In this document: one piece after another, positions 11,122 through 20,791 of the stretch
How the letters are laid out: each line of letters begins with the position of its first letter
Numbering within the stretch: the stretch's first letter is position 1
Source: Nitrospirales bacterium
Lineage (GTDB): Bacteria > Nitrospirota > Nitrospiria > Nitrospirales > UBA8639
Length of the DNA stretch: 64,000 nt
Direction: 5' to 3'
Assembly (NCBI GenBank): GCA_965223295.1
Contig: CBDCWC010000002.1
Span: forward strand, 1,712,459 to 1,776,458
Position numbers and translations under genes: made by a program
The notes under the pieces: generated by a model
Databases searched by the model: none
Told to the model about the DNA's origin: nothing
Seen by the model: only the letters and a program-made list of their open reading frames with translations

Positions 11122-11970
11122 CTATTGTGCTTGAACCGGATCAATTTGCAACTGCATCCAGGAGGCGACCGCTTTTTGTCCATTACGTTCTTTGTTTTCC
11201 CCGTTCCACACTGCAAAGGCCACCGCCTGCAATCGCCCAGGGATGAGCTTGGCTTCATTCTCGAGCGCATCGCCCTCGACGCTCAGCGGGCGTTTCATCA
11301 CGACGCGCCAGAGTCCACGCTTCCATTCGGCCTGGCCCTTAATTCGACCTTGCCGCTCTTTACTGGTCAATGTGCTAAATCCACCACCGATTAGATCCTC
11401 GACGGAAGATGGTCGCCGTGGAATGACTTCAAAACGACGAGGGCCTTTTCTTTTTCGTTTCGATTCTTTCGCTCGAGCCGCCCGGCGATCCACGTCACTC
11501 TGCCAATCAGCTTTCCAATGCCAAATGTTCACGTAATGATCCAACTGCCCCATACAAAAAAAGGCTGGCGCATCTCCGACGGGAAGAGCCACGGCTGCTC
11601 CATCTCGAAACACCCCAGGCGTTAAGGATTCATTCACCGTGGCATCTTGCCATTCCATTAAAAATGCGACTTCTTTTCCATTGTGAATCGACCGAATAGA
11701 TAACGCCCGGACACTCGGCTCCGGCCACACGGGTCGGGTAATAATTTGGCCGCTCAGCGGGAGGGGAAGAGGAGAGACAGTTTCCCACGCCGGATCAGAA
11801 GGATGCGATGGCACTTCTCCTTCTTGGAAATGGGCACGAACCACCATGCCCTGCGAACTCACCAAGGGAACTTCATGCCAGGTCAAGGCGAAAAGCAAGA
11901 TCAACCCCATTGATCCCCAAAACCAAAGAGGCTGCATTTTACACCTGAGTGACCGATGAGCGCCTAACAC
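11122..11970 (-). CDS. EB_dh / DMSO-reductase type II heme-b (gamma) subunit family; NxrC candidate
   Basis: EWQD, FRDGAAV, CMGQ (Met ligand), NIWHWKA and AFAVWNG...ERNGQK (Lys ligand); N-terminal TM or signal. Confidence 0.85.
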   Translation of the reverse strand: MLGAHRSLRCKMQPLWFWGSMGLILLFALTWHEVPLVSSQGMVVRAHFQEGEVPSHPSDPAWETVSPLPLPLSGQIITRPVWPEPSVRALSIRSIHNGKEVAFLMEWQDATVNESLTPGVFRDGAAVALPVGDAPAFFCMGQLDHYVNIWHWKADWQSDVDRRAARAKESKRKRKGPRRFEVIPRRPSSVEDLIGGGFSTLTSKERQGRIKGQAEWKRGLWRVVMKRPLSVEGDALENEAKLIPGRLQAVAFAVWNGENKERNGQKAVASWMQLQIDPVQAQ

Positions 11971-12159
11971 GGATGACTAACCTCCAATTTCATCTTACCA
12001 TTTTCAAATGAGAGGATGCAGGCTCAAAAGATACATACGCTAAGAAAGCGTTGAAACATGGCCCTGAATTTAAAAAAAGATTTGACGAAAATAACCGGCA
12101 AGAATTTTTCCCATGAACCAAAAGGCCGGAGGACGTGGTCCTCTCTTGGATGGAGGGTT

Positions 12160-13413
12160 CTAGCTTACTTTCACCCGTCGAACTTTATTTTCATTACGTT
12201 CACATATGTATAAATGCCCCTGGGAGTCCAACGTGAGACCAGCAGGGGTGTTTACAATGGCTTCAGTTGCCGACAAACCGTCCCCGTGCTTCAGCATACC
12301 CGCGTCTTCTTTGGCCACAAATCGAGCGGCTCCGCAGCCTCCCATATTTTTATCGTCATAGCCACTATCGCCGTTGCCAACGACCGTCGAAATCACGCCT
12401 GTCTTGGCATCGACTTTTCGGATCCGATGGTTCATGGAATCGGAAATATAAACATTCCCATCATCATCCACAACCGCACTCTCTGGAACATTCAGCATAG
12501 ATTGAACAGCCAACTTCCCATCTCCATCAAACCCAAACCGGCACACTCCGGCAATCGTGGAGACGGTACCCGTCTTCATATCAATTTTCCGAATACGATT
12601 GGTGCCTTTATCTGTCACATAGAGATCACCATGGCGATCCACATCAATGTCCACCACATCAAAAAACTTACATTCCATGGCTGGCTTGCCATCATCTAAA
12701 TACAGGCTCAAATCTAATCCGTCAGAACACTTCGGACGCAACAAACCTTCGTCATTACTAAAATCAATGCCTATAGCATCCCCCGACAACACGATCAGAT
12801 TTTGAGCTGTGAGAGGACTGATCCGCTCATCATCTTCATCGGTCCAACATCCTCCAATCGTGGTGACCATGCCGGTCTCTAAATCATATTGCCGAATCCG
12901 ATGCGCTTGAGTATCCGCAATAAACAAACGATCATGCTGGTCGAAAACAATCGCGGCTGGATAGGTCAAATTCACCTCTAACCCAGGGCCATCGCCATTA
13001 AATCCCCATTGTCCTGTCCCGACAACCGTCGTAATAATTCCAGTTTCCGCATCGATTTTTCGAATACGGTTACTCCCTGAATCACACACATAGAGATTAT
13101 TCTTGGAATCGCAGGCCACATCTAGAGGAAGATATAACCCGGCTTCTCCGCATGGCCCATAATCGCCGCTGTAACAGGTTTCACCCGTGCCCGCAAAATT
13201 ATGGAGGCGGCCGGTTTCTAAATCCACCCGCCGGACCCGGTCAGACCCGCATTCGGCAATGTAGACATACCGTCCATCGCGATCCACGGTGACTTGGTTA
13301 GGCAGAGGAATTCCTGCTTTGACAGCTCGTTTTCCATCTCCGGTGCTTCGGGATTTCCCATTCCCTGCAAATGTTTCAATCACATCGATTGCGACAGGCG
13401 TCTCTGTTTCCAT
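12160..13413 (-). CDS. NHL-repeat beta-propeller protein
   Basis: Repeated 'P..V.VD..GNLYI.D..N.RIRK.D..TG.I.TV.G.G' units. Confidence 0.88.
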   Translation of the reverse strand: METETPVAIDVIETFAGNGKSRSTGDGKRAVKAGIPLPNQVTVDRDGRYVYIAECGSDRVRRVDLETGRLHNFAGTGETCYSGDYGPCGEAGLYLPLDVACDSKNNLYVCDSGSNRIRKIDAETGIITTVVGTGQWGFNGDGPGLEVNLTYPAAIVFDQHDRLFIADTQAHRIRQYDLETGMVTTIGGCWTDEDDERISPLTAQNLIVLSGDAIGIDFSNDEGLLRPKCSDGLDLSLYLDDGKPAMECKFFDVVDIDVDRHGDLYVTDKGTNRIRKIDMKTGTVSTIAGVCRFGFDGDGKLAVQSMLNVPESAVVDDDGNVYISDSMNHRIRKVDAKTGVISTVVGNGDSGYDDKNMGGCGAARFVAKEDAGMLKHGDGLSATEAIVNTPAGLTLDSQGHLYICERNENKVRRVKVS

Positions 13414-13506
13414 TATGGTTCAACCCTCTTATGTTGAGCAAAAAGAACACAAACTCTCTGACTACGGTGTAAGCCGATGCTCACCTAACTCCCATACCTC
13501 TTTCCC

Positions 13507-13827
13507 CTAGGCTTTTGCTGGGGCAGAAACAGGCTCAGGCGATGCTGGCTGAACCGTCTCAGGTTGTGGCGCTGACGGAGCTTCCACTGATGCCGCCTGA
13601 ACAGGCTGAGCAATTTGCTGAGGAGCGACCGTTGAAGCCACCGTTCCTTCTTCAGCCTGGGCCTGAGGATCAATATCGTATTGCTCAGCTTCCTGTACGG
13701 ATTTCTTGAATCCTTTAATAGCCTTCCCTACACCTTCGCCTAGTTGGGGTAACTTTCCTGCACCAAAAATAATGAGGACGATCACCAAAATAAGAATCAG
13801 TTCTGTAAAACCTAAACTTCCAAACAT
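13507..13827 (-). CDS. tatA: Twin-arginine translocase TatA/E subunit
   Basis: [51 protein letters not shown]. Confidence 0.93.
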   Translation of the reverse strand: MFGSLGFTELILILVIVLIIFGAGKLPQLGEGVGKAIKGFKKSVQEAEQYDIDPQAQAEEGTVASTVAPQQIAQPVQAASVEAPSAPQPETVQPASPEPVSAPAKA

Positions 13828-13850
13828 TGTTCATCCTCCTTGCTAGGATA

Positions 13851-14666
13851 TTACTTTTTGGCAGCTTCGCGAGAGCGTTTACTAAATCGCTCTTTCAAAC
13901 GATTGCGCGTCTCTTCCGCCTGTTCGAACATCTTGCACTTTTCATAGGTATTGATCAGATTGTAATAGGCTAATGGTTCATCGGGATTACTATCTACGGC
14001 ATCTTCCATGACCTTGACGGCCATGTCCGGTTTCTTCAAATTTAAGGCGATCTCCATGAGTTTAAAACTTGAATCTAAATGATGGGGGTCAAACTCTAAG
14101 ACCTTCATATACGCTTGCATGGCCATATCTAGCGTATTGAAATCCGAAACTTGCGGGTCATCAAGTTTTTCATAAACTCCGGCGAGATTATACCAGGCGA
14201 TGGGATCTTCCGATGAGATCTCAATAAGACGCTCGAAGTATTCCTTGGCCTCCAAGTACTCCGCCCGCTCATTATATAACCGTCCTACGTTGAATAACGC
14301 CAACACATCATACGCATTGAGTTCTAGGGCCCGTTTGAATTGTGCAATCGCGTCATCCAACATACCCTTGGTGCCGTAAATGGTGCCTAAATTCGAATAA
14401 TACATGGCCAAAGACCGGTCCATTTCCACTCGAAGGCCTTCTGCCATCTCAATGGATTTTTTGACCTCCGATAAGGCCTCATCCATACGTCCTTTATTGA
14501 AATAGAGCTCGCCTAACCGGCACCGCGCTTGAAAATCATCAGGTTCTTCACCTAACAATTTTTCAAGCTCCGCAATTTCTTCATCAACAGTTAATGATTG
14601 TTCTTCAGTTGGAGCATCGCCGGCTTGAGCGTCCATCGTTTGAGTTCCAGCAACTTGTTCGTCCAT
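13851..14666 (-). CDS. Tetratricopeptide-repeat protein
   Basis: Multiple TPR helices (YYSNLGTIY, ALFNVGRLY, AWYNLAGVY). Confidence 0.88.
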   Translation of the reverse strand: MDEQVAGTQTMDAQAGDAPTEEQSLTVDEEIAELEKLLGEEPDDFQARCRLGELYFNKGRMDEALSEVKKSIEMAEGLRVEMDRSLAMYYSNLGTIYGTKGMLDDAIAQFKRALELNAYDVLALFNVGRLYNERAEYLEAKEYFERLIEISSEDPIAWYNLAGVYEKLDDPQVSDFNTLDMAMQAYMKVLEFDPHHLDSSFKLMEIALNLKKPDMAVKVMEDAVDSNPDEPLAYYNLINTYEKCKMFEQAEETRNRLKERFSKRSREAAKK

Positions 14667-14681
14667 TGCATGTATCCTTCG

Positions 14682-15797
14682 CTACGGTGTTTGTTCTCCG
14701 AATACGGGTCGAAGAGGTTGATAGTGGATTTGGTCCTGATTCTTTTTTCGAAGACGCCCTAAAGTTCCTCGCTTATCAATGTTTAATAACATTAACCCAA
14801 GCACTACCATTAACGTCAAATGGGATAACTGTAGGGCATAGCCAGCCATAAACATGAGCCCGAGCCCATAGCCGGCCAGGCGACCAATAATGACCAACTT
14901 AATGACGGTATAAGCCCAACAGGTAAACCCTAGCACATAGAAGGCAAAGGGGAGAAAAAAGGTATACCCCATACCCATTTGGAAGATCCAACCAATGCCT
15001 TCCCCTGCTTTTCTGACTTCAAGAGCCGTTTGAGGGCTCCACAGGGTCAGAAAATAGTCCATAAATAAGAGGATGAGAAAGACGCTGCCTCCACTGATTA
15101 AGAGAGACATCCCCCATTTTCGTTGGGATTTGTTTTTCGTAACAAATGAGGTGCTGCCATAAGCCCAAAACACCAGAATGCTCGATAACACCATCAGGGC
15201 CTCCCCTAGCCGGTTGATTTCATGAACCAGAGGCGGAGTATCCAGAATATTCAGTAACCCATAGGTGGTGGACATCGTTTGATAATAAAGCCATCCGGTA
15301 ATTCCCAGGAAAAACGTCCCAACCATCAGCCGCTGACTCACCAAGCGATGGGTTTCCCAATACTCCAGCAGAAGAAACACTAAGATGCTAAAAGCCAAAA
15401 TATTATAAACCACCGACCCCAGCATAGCCGGTGGGAAAAACAGAAACCCTACTGTGCACGCAACCAGGAGTGCGGCCAAAGGAATCACGACTTTATCCCA
15501 CTGCCCGACCCATAGCTTGGTGCGTAGTTTTTGAACAATCAAAATGCCTAAAATCAAAAACACGAGGATGGCGGTCATATTTAAGAGAACAAAACCTAAT
15601 GATGACAAGGTTCGAAATCCTATGCGTACCGCTTCGTATTTTTCCGCGAGTTTTCCTAGATGCATCCCTAAACGCGACACTAACCGGTACAGCACCAATT
15701 CAAAGAATGCCGCAAAGAGCAGGCTCTTGAGCCCCCACTCAAAGAGCAGTCCAGGGTTATCCAGTTTATCTGACAGCTTATCAGTTGCGGCAATCAT
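14682..15797 (-). CDS. Polytopic membrane protein of unknown function
   Basis: About 10 hydrophobic segments. Start at 15797 (GAGGG RBS) or 15824. Confidence 0.75.
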   Translation of the reverse strand: MIAATDKLSDKLDNPGLLFEWGLKSLLFAAFFELVLYRLVSRLGMHLGKLAEKYEAVRIGFRTLSSLGFVLLNMTAILVFLILGILIVQKLRTKLWVGQWDKVVIPLAALLVACTVGFLFFPPAMLGSVVYNILAFSILVFLLLEYWETHRLVSQRLMVGTFFLGITGWLYYQTMSTTYGLLNILDTPPLVHEINRLGEALMVLSSILVFWAYGSTSFVTKNKSQRKWGMSLLISGGSVFLILLFMDYFLTLWSPQTALEVRKAGEGIGWIFQMGMGYTFFLPFAFYVLGFTCWAYTVIKLVIIGRLAGYGLGLMFMAGYALQLSHLTLMVVLGLMLLNIDKRGTLGRLRKKNQDQIHYQPLRPVFGEQTP

Positions 15798-15865
15798 GAA
15801 GAGACCCTCACAAAATAGAGCCATTGTATTGGTTGACTCTCTTGAGCAGAGAAGAATGCCATCAC

Positions 15866-17638
15866 TTACACCCCTGAAAGCTGTGCTTCTCGTTCCTTAT
15901 TGTGACGGGCAATATACAGCAACCCATCGGCCATTGAATAATTGAAGGGCAGTTCGCAAACGACCTCACTAATCTTTTCATAGACATATTGATACACTTT
16001 TTCAGCCTGATCCGGAGTCATTCCCGATTTCACTTCGTAGAAGAACCCTAGACTTAAGTCTTCTGAAGCCGGACGCATAATACGCTGGACTCCATAGGCT
16101 CCAGGATCACTCATGATTGGCGCTTCTTTCTCTAAATCAAACAAACAGGGCTGGCATGAAAACCCATAGGAGGTATTTAGCTTCGTGTTATCCACAATAA
16201 AGTTCATCGTTTCGAGTGACTCTTCTTCTGTTTCGGTTGGGAACCCAACAATGACATAGCAATGGACGGCGATACCTAAGTCTACACAATCAGAACAAAT
16301 CCTCGAGACGTTTTCTTGTGTAATACCTTTGACCATAAAGTCCATAAGCCGGGCATTATACGTTTCTAATCCAAAGACAATTTTTTGACATCCAGCCTCT
16401 TTCAAGGATGCCAATAACTCACGCGAGAGATTTTTTTCAAACCGGAATTCTGCCGTCCATTGCAAATCTAACTTTCGATTAATCAATTCTTTACACAACC
16501 GCTTTGTAGGGGAAAGAGCTAGACATTCGTCTGTAAAGAAAAAATAGGGCGTATCATGTAGTTTGGAAAGGGCCTCTAATTCATCAACCACTTTCATGGG
16601 ATCCTTTTGTCGGAAATTCTGATGATCCAACGTCAAGGCGCAAAATGCACAGTCCTTGTAGTAACAGCCCCGTGAAAACTGAACCGGCAAAACCGTATAG
16701 GGCGCCAAATATTGGTCTAACGGAAACCCTTTGTAATTAGGCGCTGGATGCTCTTGTAGATTTTCGGAATAGAAGGGCTGATTGACGGTAATTTTTCCAT
16801 CTTTTCGCCATATAAGGTTGGGGACCTTGCTAAAGTCTTTCCGGCCTTGTAATTGGTTAATCATTTCCAGAAGGGCAGTTTCGCCTTCAAACACAATAAA
16901 GTCATCGGCAATTTCAAACAAACGGTTACACCGCCTCAGATTGTCCACTAATCGCGTAAAAATACTTCCCCCTACTGTGAGATGAACTTCAGGGAATTGC
17001 TCTTTGATAAGCCGACACAGTGTTAATCCAGGGATGATCTGGGAGGTGGCAGTAATCGACACACCAACAAAATCTGCAGGCGATTGAGTAAAGCCAGGCA
17101 AAAAGAATCTCTGGAAAAGATCTAGATACGGATTTTGGGATTCATCATGAATGGCCTTTATAATATCTCGTGAAGAATAAATCGAATAAGACAGTTGATT
17201 GTCCACCACGGTCATTCGCGTAGGGAAATAGAGGGAAGACACTACGTCCAACCATCGATCAATGACAAAGAGAGATTCTCGATATCGGTCTTCATCGAAA
17301 AACTCTTCAGATCGAAGTGACCCTTTTGCGCGTTCTATTTCATCGATGAGGTGAGGGAAACGGTCTAAAGACTCAACGGCTTTCGCGTAATGTTCCTTAC
17401 TCCCCGGACCTGTCTCTCCATCAACGGATCGTTCTAGCTTCTTGACCAAATCAATAAGCTGCTGATGAATATCGAGTCCAAAATTTTTGGTGAGCATCCG
17501 ATCCAATAACTCAATATTCAAGTCGCGTTGCTCTTGAACAGGGACACCAGATTGCTCAAGAAAAGCAGAAAGACACGGAATACTCAAATATGGTTGAGAA
17601 GGATGCCAGCTCGGAGGAAATAAAAGGGAAATATTCAC
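15866..17638 (-). CDS. B12-binding-domain radical SAM protein
   Basis: SRGCYYKDCAFC (CX4CX2C), N-terminal VGVSIT...TVGGS cobalamin-binding-like domain, FGLET, IVGFPTET. Confidence 0.88.
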   Translation of the reverse strand: MNISLLFPPSWHPSQPYLSIPCLSAFLEQSGVPVQEQRDLNIELLDRMLTKNFGLDIHQQLIDLVKKLERSVDGETGPGSKEHYAKAVESLDRFPHLIDEIERAKGSLRSEEFFDEDRYRESLFVIDRWLDVVSSLYFPTRMTVVDNQLSYSIYSSRDIIKAIHDESQNPYLDLFQRFFLPGFTQSPADFVGVSITATSQIIPGLTLCRLIKEQFPEVHLTVGGSIFTRLVDNLRRCNRLFEIADDFIVFEGETALLEMINQLQGRKDFSKVPNLIWRKDGKITVNQPFYSENLQEHPAPNYKGFPLDQYLAPYTVLPVQFSRGCYYKDCAFCALTLDHQNFRQKDPMKVVDELEALSKLHDTPYFFFTDECLALSPTKRLCKELINRKLDLQWTAEFRFEKNLSRELLASLKEAGCQKIVFGLETYNARLMDFMVKGITQENVSRICSDCVDLGIAVHCYVIVGFPTETEEESLETMNFIVDNTKLNTSYGFSCQPCLFDLEKEAPIMSDPGAYGVQRIMRPASEDLSLGFFYEVKSGMTPDQAEKVYQYVYEKISEVVCELPFNYSMADGLLYIARHNKEREAQLSGV

Positions 17639-17795
17639 AGGGTAGCTCCCAGTCTATTTAGGAAAGAAAAAAGACAAGTTTTTGGAGAATGTTTTAAATT
17701 TATACACGTCATATTCTTCTCAATGCAACTAGGACCGAATTTTTCATCTTTTATAAGACACAACACATTGACAATGAGCTATCAATTTAGATTTA

Positions 17796-17940
17796 GGGTC
17801 TGTTGAAAAAATCCGCCCGCGGCGTTCCCTACCTTCGCCAGAGCGGCTTCGCGCAGGCAGGTCGCCATTGTTTAGGACCAATACGCTCCGCTCGCAAAAA
17901 TGCCTGTGGCCTTGCTGGACAGGCTTTTTTGAACAGACCC
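17796..17940. mobile_element. 145-bp MITE/REP-like element (family A)
   Basis: Terminal inverted repeats GGGTCTGTTGAAAAAA / TTTTTTGAACAGACCC match at 15/16. A second, degenerate copy lies at 20490-20669. Confidence 0.75.
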
Positions 17941-18009
17941 GAGGTCGTTGACATGGTACATTGCAGAGACGAAATTTGGCCATTGATATCATCATTATTC
18001 AACAGTCTC
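17941..18009. mobile_element. 69-bp MITE-like element (family B) abutting family A
   Basis: Ungapped alignment to 23816-23884 (35/40 identical over the last 40 nt); imperfect TIR GAGGTCGTTGA / TCAACAGTCTC. Confidence 0.65.
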
Positions 18010-18049
18010 ATTCATCAACACAGATAAAGCTTGATAGAAAGATCCATTT

Positions 18050-18103
18050 AAAAAAAAACCCCCGGCAACTTCCTCATTAACTGAGGTGAATTACCGGAGG
18101 TTT
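18050..18103 (-). terminator. Intrinsic terminator downstream of the NxrC candidate
   Basis: Imperfect stem AAACCCCCGG...CCGGAGGTTT followed by a T-run on the minus strand. A second near-palindrome lies at 18115-18141. Confidence 0.6.
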
Positions 18104-18162
18104 AATTTTTATTGAGAGCTTTTTCTAGCTAGAAAAGCTCTGAAAACAACTGATTACTCAAC

Positions 18163-19116
18163 TTATGGCATTTGAGCAGTGAACCAGGTAGAAATGCCCT
18201 TCATGCCGTTCCGTTCGACATTCGAACCATCCCACACAGCAAATGCGACAGGGAAGCTCGCGCCCGCTTTGAACTGCACATCGTTAGGATCATTTGTTGC
18301 CAGGCTCCGCTTCATGACGACACGCCATGTCGGACCGCTACAGCAACCACCTTTCAAGGCACCGTATGGCTCCCACAGTCCATTACCTTGAACGTCTTGT
18401 GACGCTTGAGTGGTTAAGGTGCTGAAACCATTTGCGTTCAAGTCTTCAACCGAACTGACTCGAAGGTTTGGATCAGACATGATGTTGCCAGACCAAATAC
18501 CAGGATTGAATGGACCTAAGCTCCGACCAATACGATCTGGATAGGTCACACCGCCGGCTGGCTCTTCATAGTAGTAATCCCAGGCAATTGATGGATATTG
18601 GTTATCCACATCCCACATACCCGCAACGCCACGACCTTGGTCTTTTTGCCATTCGGCATTCCAACGCCAGATGTTCACGGTTCCTCCAGATTGCCCCATA
18701 CATTGGAACGGAGGAGCACCAGCCGTTTGCACTGGGAATTGCACCGCCACTTGGTCCCTGAAATCTTGAGGACCAATGGTAGTATTATTTTGAGTTTGAT
18801 CCCCCCAATTCGTCCAAATGCCAATTTCCTTGCCATTGGTAGCCATTTTGACCATGACGGTCTTGACGGAAATGTTGGGATGCATAGGAGTGGTAATGGT
18901 TTGACCACTTAGCGGAGCCACAACACCTGGGACGGACTCCCACACAGGATTGGCCGCATCCATAGGAATTGGGCCGGAAATTTTGCCAACCGGAATCGTC
19001 ACCGGTTGCGAGACGGCTAACGGAATCTGTCCTAGAGTCAATCCAACACAGACCACAAGGACTGACAGAAGAACGCCAAACACCAGTCGTTTGTTACGCG
19101 TCTGCACCAATCTCAT
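18163..19116 (-). CDS. nxrC: EB_dh-family heme-b subunit; putative nitrite oxidoreductase gamma subunit (NxrC candidate)
   Basis: FRDQVAVQFP, FQCMGQ, NIWRWNA and AFAVWDG...ERNGMK; signal peptide; directly downstream of a TorD-like chaperone; AGGAGG RBS. Confidence 0.72.
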   Translation of the reverse strand: MRLVQTRNKRLVFGVLLSVLVVCVGLTLGQIPLAVSQPVTIPVGKISGPIPMDAANPVWESVPGVVAPLSGQTITTPMHPNISVKTVMVKMATNGKEIGIWTNWGDQTQNNTTIGPQDFRDQVAVQFPVQTAGAPPFQCMGQSGGTVNIWRWNAEWQKDQGRGVAGMWDVDNQYPSIAWDYYYEEPAGGVTYPDRIGRSLGPFNPGIWSGNIMSDPNLRVSSVEDLNANGFSTLTTQASQDVQGNGLWEPYGALKGGCCSGPTWRVVMKRSLATNDPNDVQFKAGASFPVAFAVWDGSNVERNGMKGISTWFTAQMP

Positions 19117-19220
19117 AATGACGCATCCTCCTTTGATAAAAGATTAAAACCGAAAGAACTGCTAACAACCTGTCTTTTTAGAACTGTCAAACAATTCAAA
19201 ATAGCGAACATTAGAAAAAA

Positions 19221-20201
19221 CTATGCATTTCCAGTTTGATCAGATGTTGTACCGCTTTCTTTATCCAAGAACGCATCGGCACCAACTTCGTTCATTAACA
19301 TACTCAATTCATTCCCTTGGTCTTGAGCTCCACATTCAAACGTTTGACCTTCCGGACTTTGATATGATGCTGGTCTGTAGTCAGTCTCTGAGTAGGGTTG
19401 TGGGGTCACTCCAAGATACGCAATCTCGAAAGCTATCCAATCAGAAGTGAAGTCGGCCAATATTTTATAGAACCCGTAATCGGCTTTTCGCTTTAACATT
19501 CCTGAAAATAAAGGAACCCAACGGCCGATATGTTCCTTGACAAATTTCTTTTCCGCCTCAAAAACCGTTTTGAGCTTCTCTCCGCCATCGTGAAGAATGG
19601 CATACGATTCTTTATAAGCTAAATAATGCATAAACTCGAGTTCGACACTGAGATGGTCAAGCCGTTCATGAATGTCGGGTGACAATTGAAGTCCAAATGC
19701 GCTGTAAAAACCGGCGATATCACCCATGACATAGGATTGGCCGAATACATGGTCATTTCCAAACAATGTTTCGTATGGAGGACAATCCAAGGCAATGACA
19801 TTACTAAAGACTCGACGATGCTCGTCACGTAGATCTTGAATGTTCCAATTTTCTCCCTCTGAAGAAATCCATTCTTCTATAGCATCGAAGTGACCAGCCA
19901 CCGCCTTCAGACGATCTTCCGATTCCTGCCCGCCAAAATTTTTCAGCTCTTTTCTTAATCCTTCTAATGCTGCTCGCCCATCTTCGACAAATTCACCACT
20001 TTGCAGATAATCCAAAAATTCTTCGTCTTCAGGAAATAGATAGCCCCATGAGACAAGAAGATAGAGCTTACTTCGACAAAGGGCACGATCAACAGCAGGG
20101 GCCGCCTTAGGCGATATTTTGACGGCCGTATGATCTCCTCCCTGCAGGGAAGACCCGTTTTTACTGCTACTCTTATTTTCTTTCACTGCAGTAGTTGCCA
20201 T
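19221..20201 (-). CDS. TorD/DmsD family molybdoenzyme chaperone
   Basis: CPPYET, IAGFYSAFGL, ERLDHLSVELEFMHYL, FVKEHIGRWVP. Confidence 0.9.
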   Translation of the reverse strand: MATTAVKENKSSSKNGSSLQGGDHTAVKISPKAAPAVDRALCRSKLYLLVSWGYLFPEDEEFLDYLQSGEFVEDGRAALEGLRKELKNFGGQESEDRLKAVAGHFDAIEEWISSEGENWNIQDLRDEHRRVFSNVIALDCPPYETLFGNDHVFGQSYVMGDIAGFYSAFGLQLSPDIHERLDHLSVELEFMHYLAYKESYAILHDGGEKLKTVFEAEKKFVKEHIGRWVPLFSGMLKRKADYGFYKILADFTSDWIAFEIAYLGVTPQPYSETDYRPASYQSPEGQTFECGAQDQGNELSMLMNEVGADAFLDKESGTTSDQTGNA

Positions 20202-20292
20202 AAGTCACCCACTATTAGTAATAAAATCCCTGACCCGTGCATGCATAAACGACGTATTATTCATCCATGTCATTTCACGAAAAGGGGACCAG

Positions 20293-20321
20293 ATCATAGG
20301 ACAACAGGCCCATGAAGTCAA
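20293..20321 (-). promoter_or_regulatory. sigma70-type promoter for the chaperone-nxrC pair
   Basis: TTGACT-N17-TATGAT on the minus strand. Confidence 0.6.
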
Positions 20322-20489
20322 GATGTGAATATCCTCCAAATGGTCTTTTCCTTTTCATAAAGTGACAAAACCTTTTACAAATATTTTCCCCTAAGCTCAT
20401 TTCCTCTGGAAGATCATTTTTTGATCCTTCTCAACTCCTGTCTCATAACCATTTCTTACGAAATATACGTATTATATCTTATGTAACTT

Positions 20490-20669
20490 AAAAAAAAGCC
20501 GCCCGCAGCGTTCCCTGCCTTCGCCGGACCACCTTTGCCGCAATAGCTACGAAGGCTGAAAGCGGCTTCGCGCAGGCAGAGCACCATTGTTCCGTGCTCA
20601 CGTATTGTCTGTAGGCTCCACACGCAAAAGGGCTCCGGCATTGCTGGACGAATTGCTTTGAACAGTCCC
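20490..20669. repeat. Degenerate second copy of family A element, with an internal insertion
   Basis: Shares CCGCCCGC.GCGTTCCCT.CCTTCGCC, AGCGGCTTCGCGCAGGCAG, TTGCTGGAC and TTTGAACAG.CCC with 17796-17940; left TIR lost. Confidence 0.7.
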
Positions 20670-20791
20670 GTCTGATCGAAGGCACCAGCCCTCTTCGAGC
20701 AGTTTCGGGAATTGAAGTTAAACTATTCAACCGTGCCCTTATCAAAATCGTTCAATAACTAAACTGGCAGATTTTGGTCTACCGAGTGAGG

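Noticed and set aside
13507-13680. Pro/Ala/Gln-rich TatA tail as a possible radical SAM precursor peptide
   Set aside because: Low-complexity tails are normal for TatA, and there is no leader/core pattern
17744-18027. 60-83 aa ORFs (also 20456-20745)
   Set aside because: They are translations of the MITE-like repeats, with no RBS or domain
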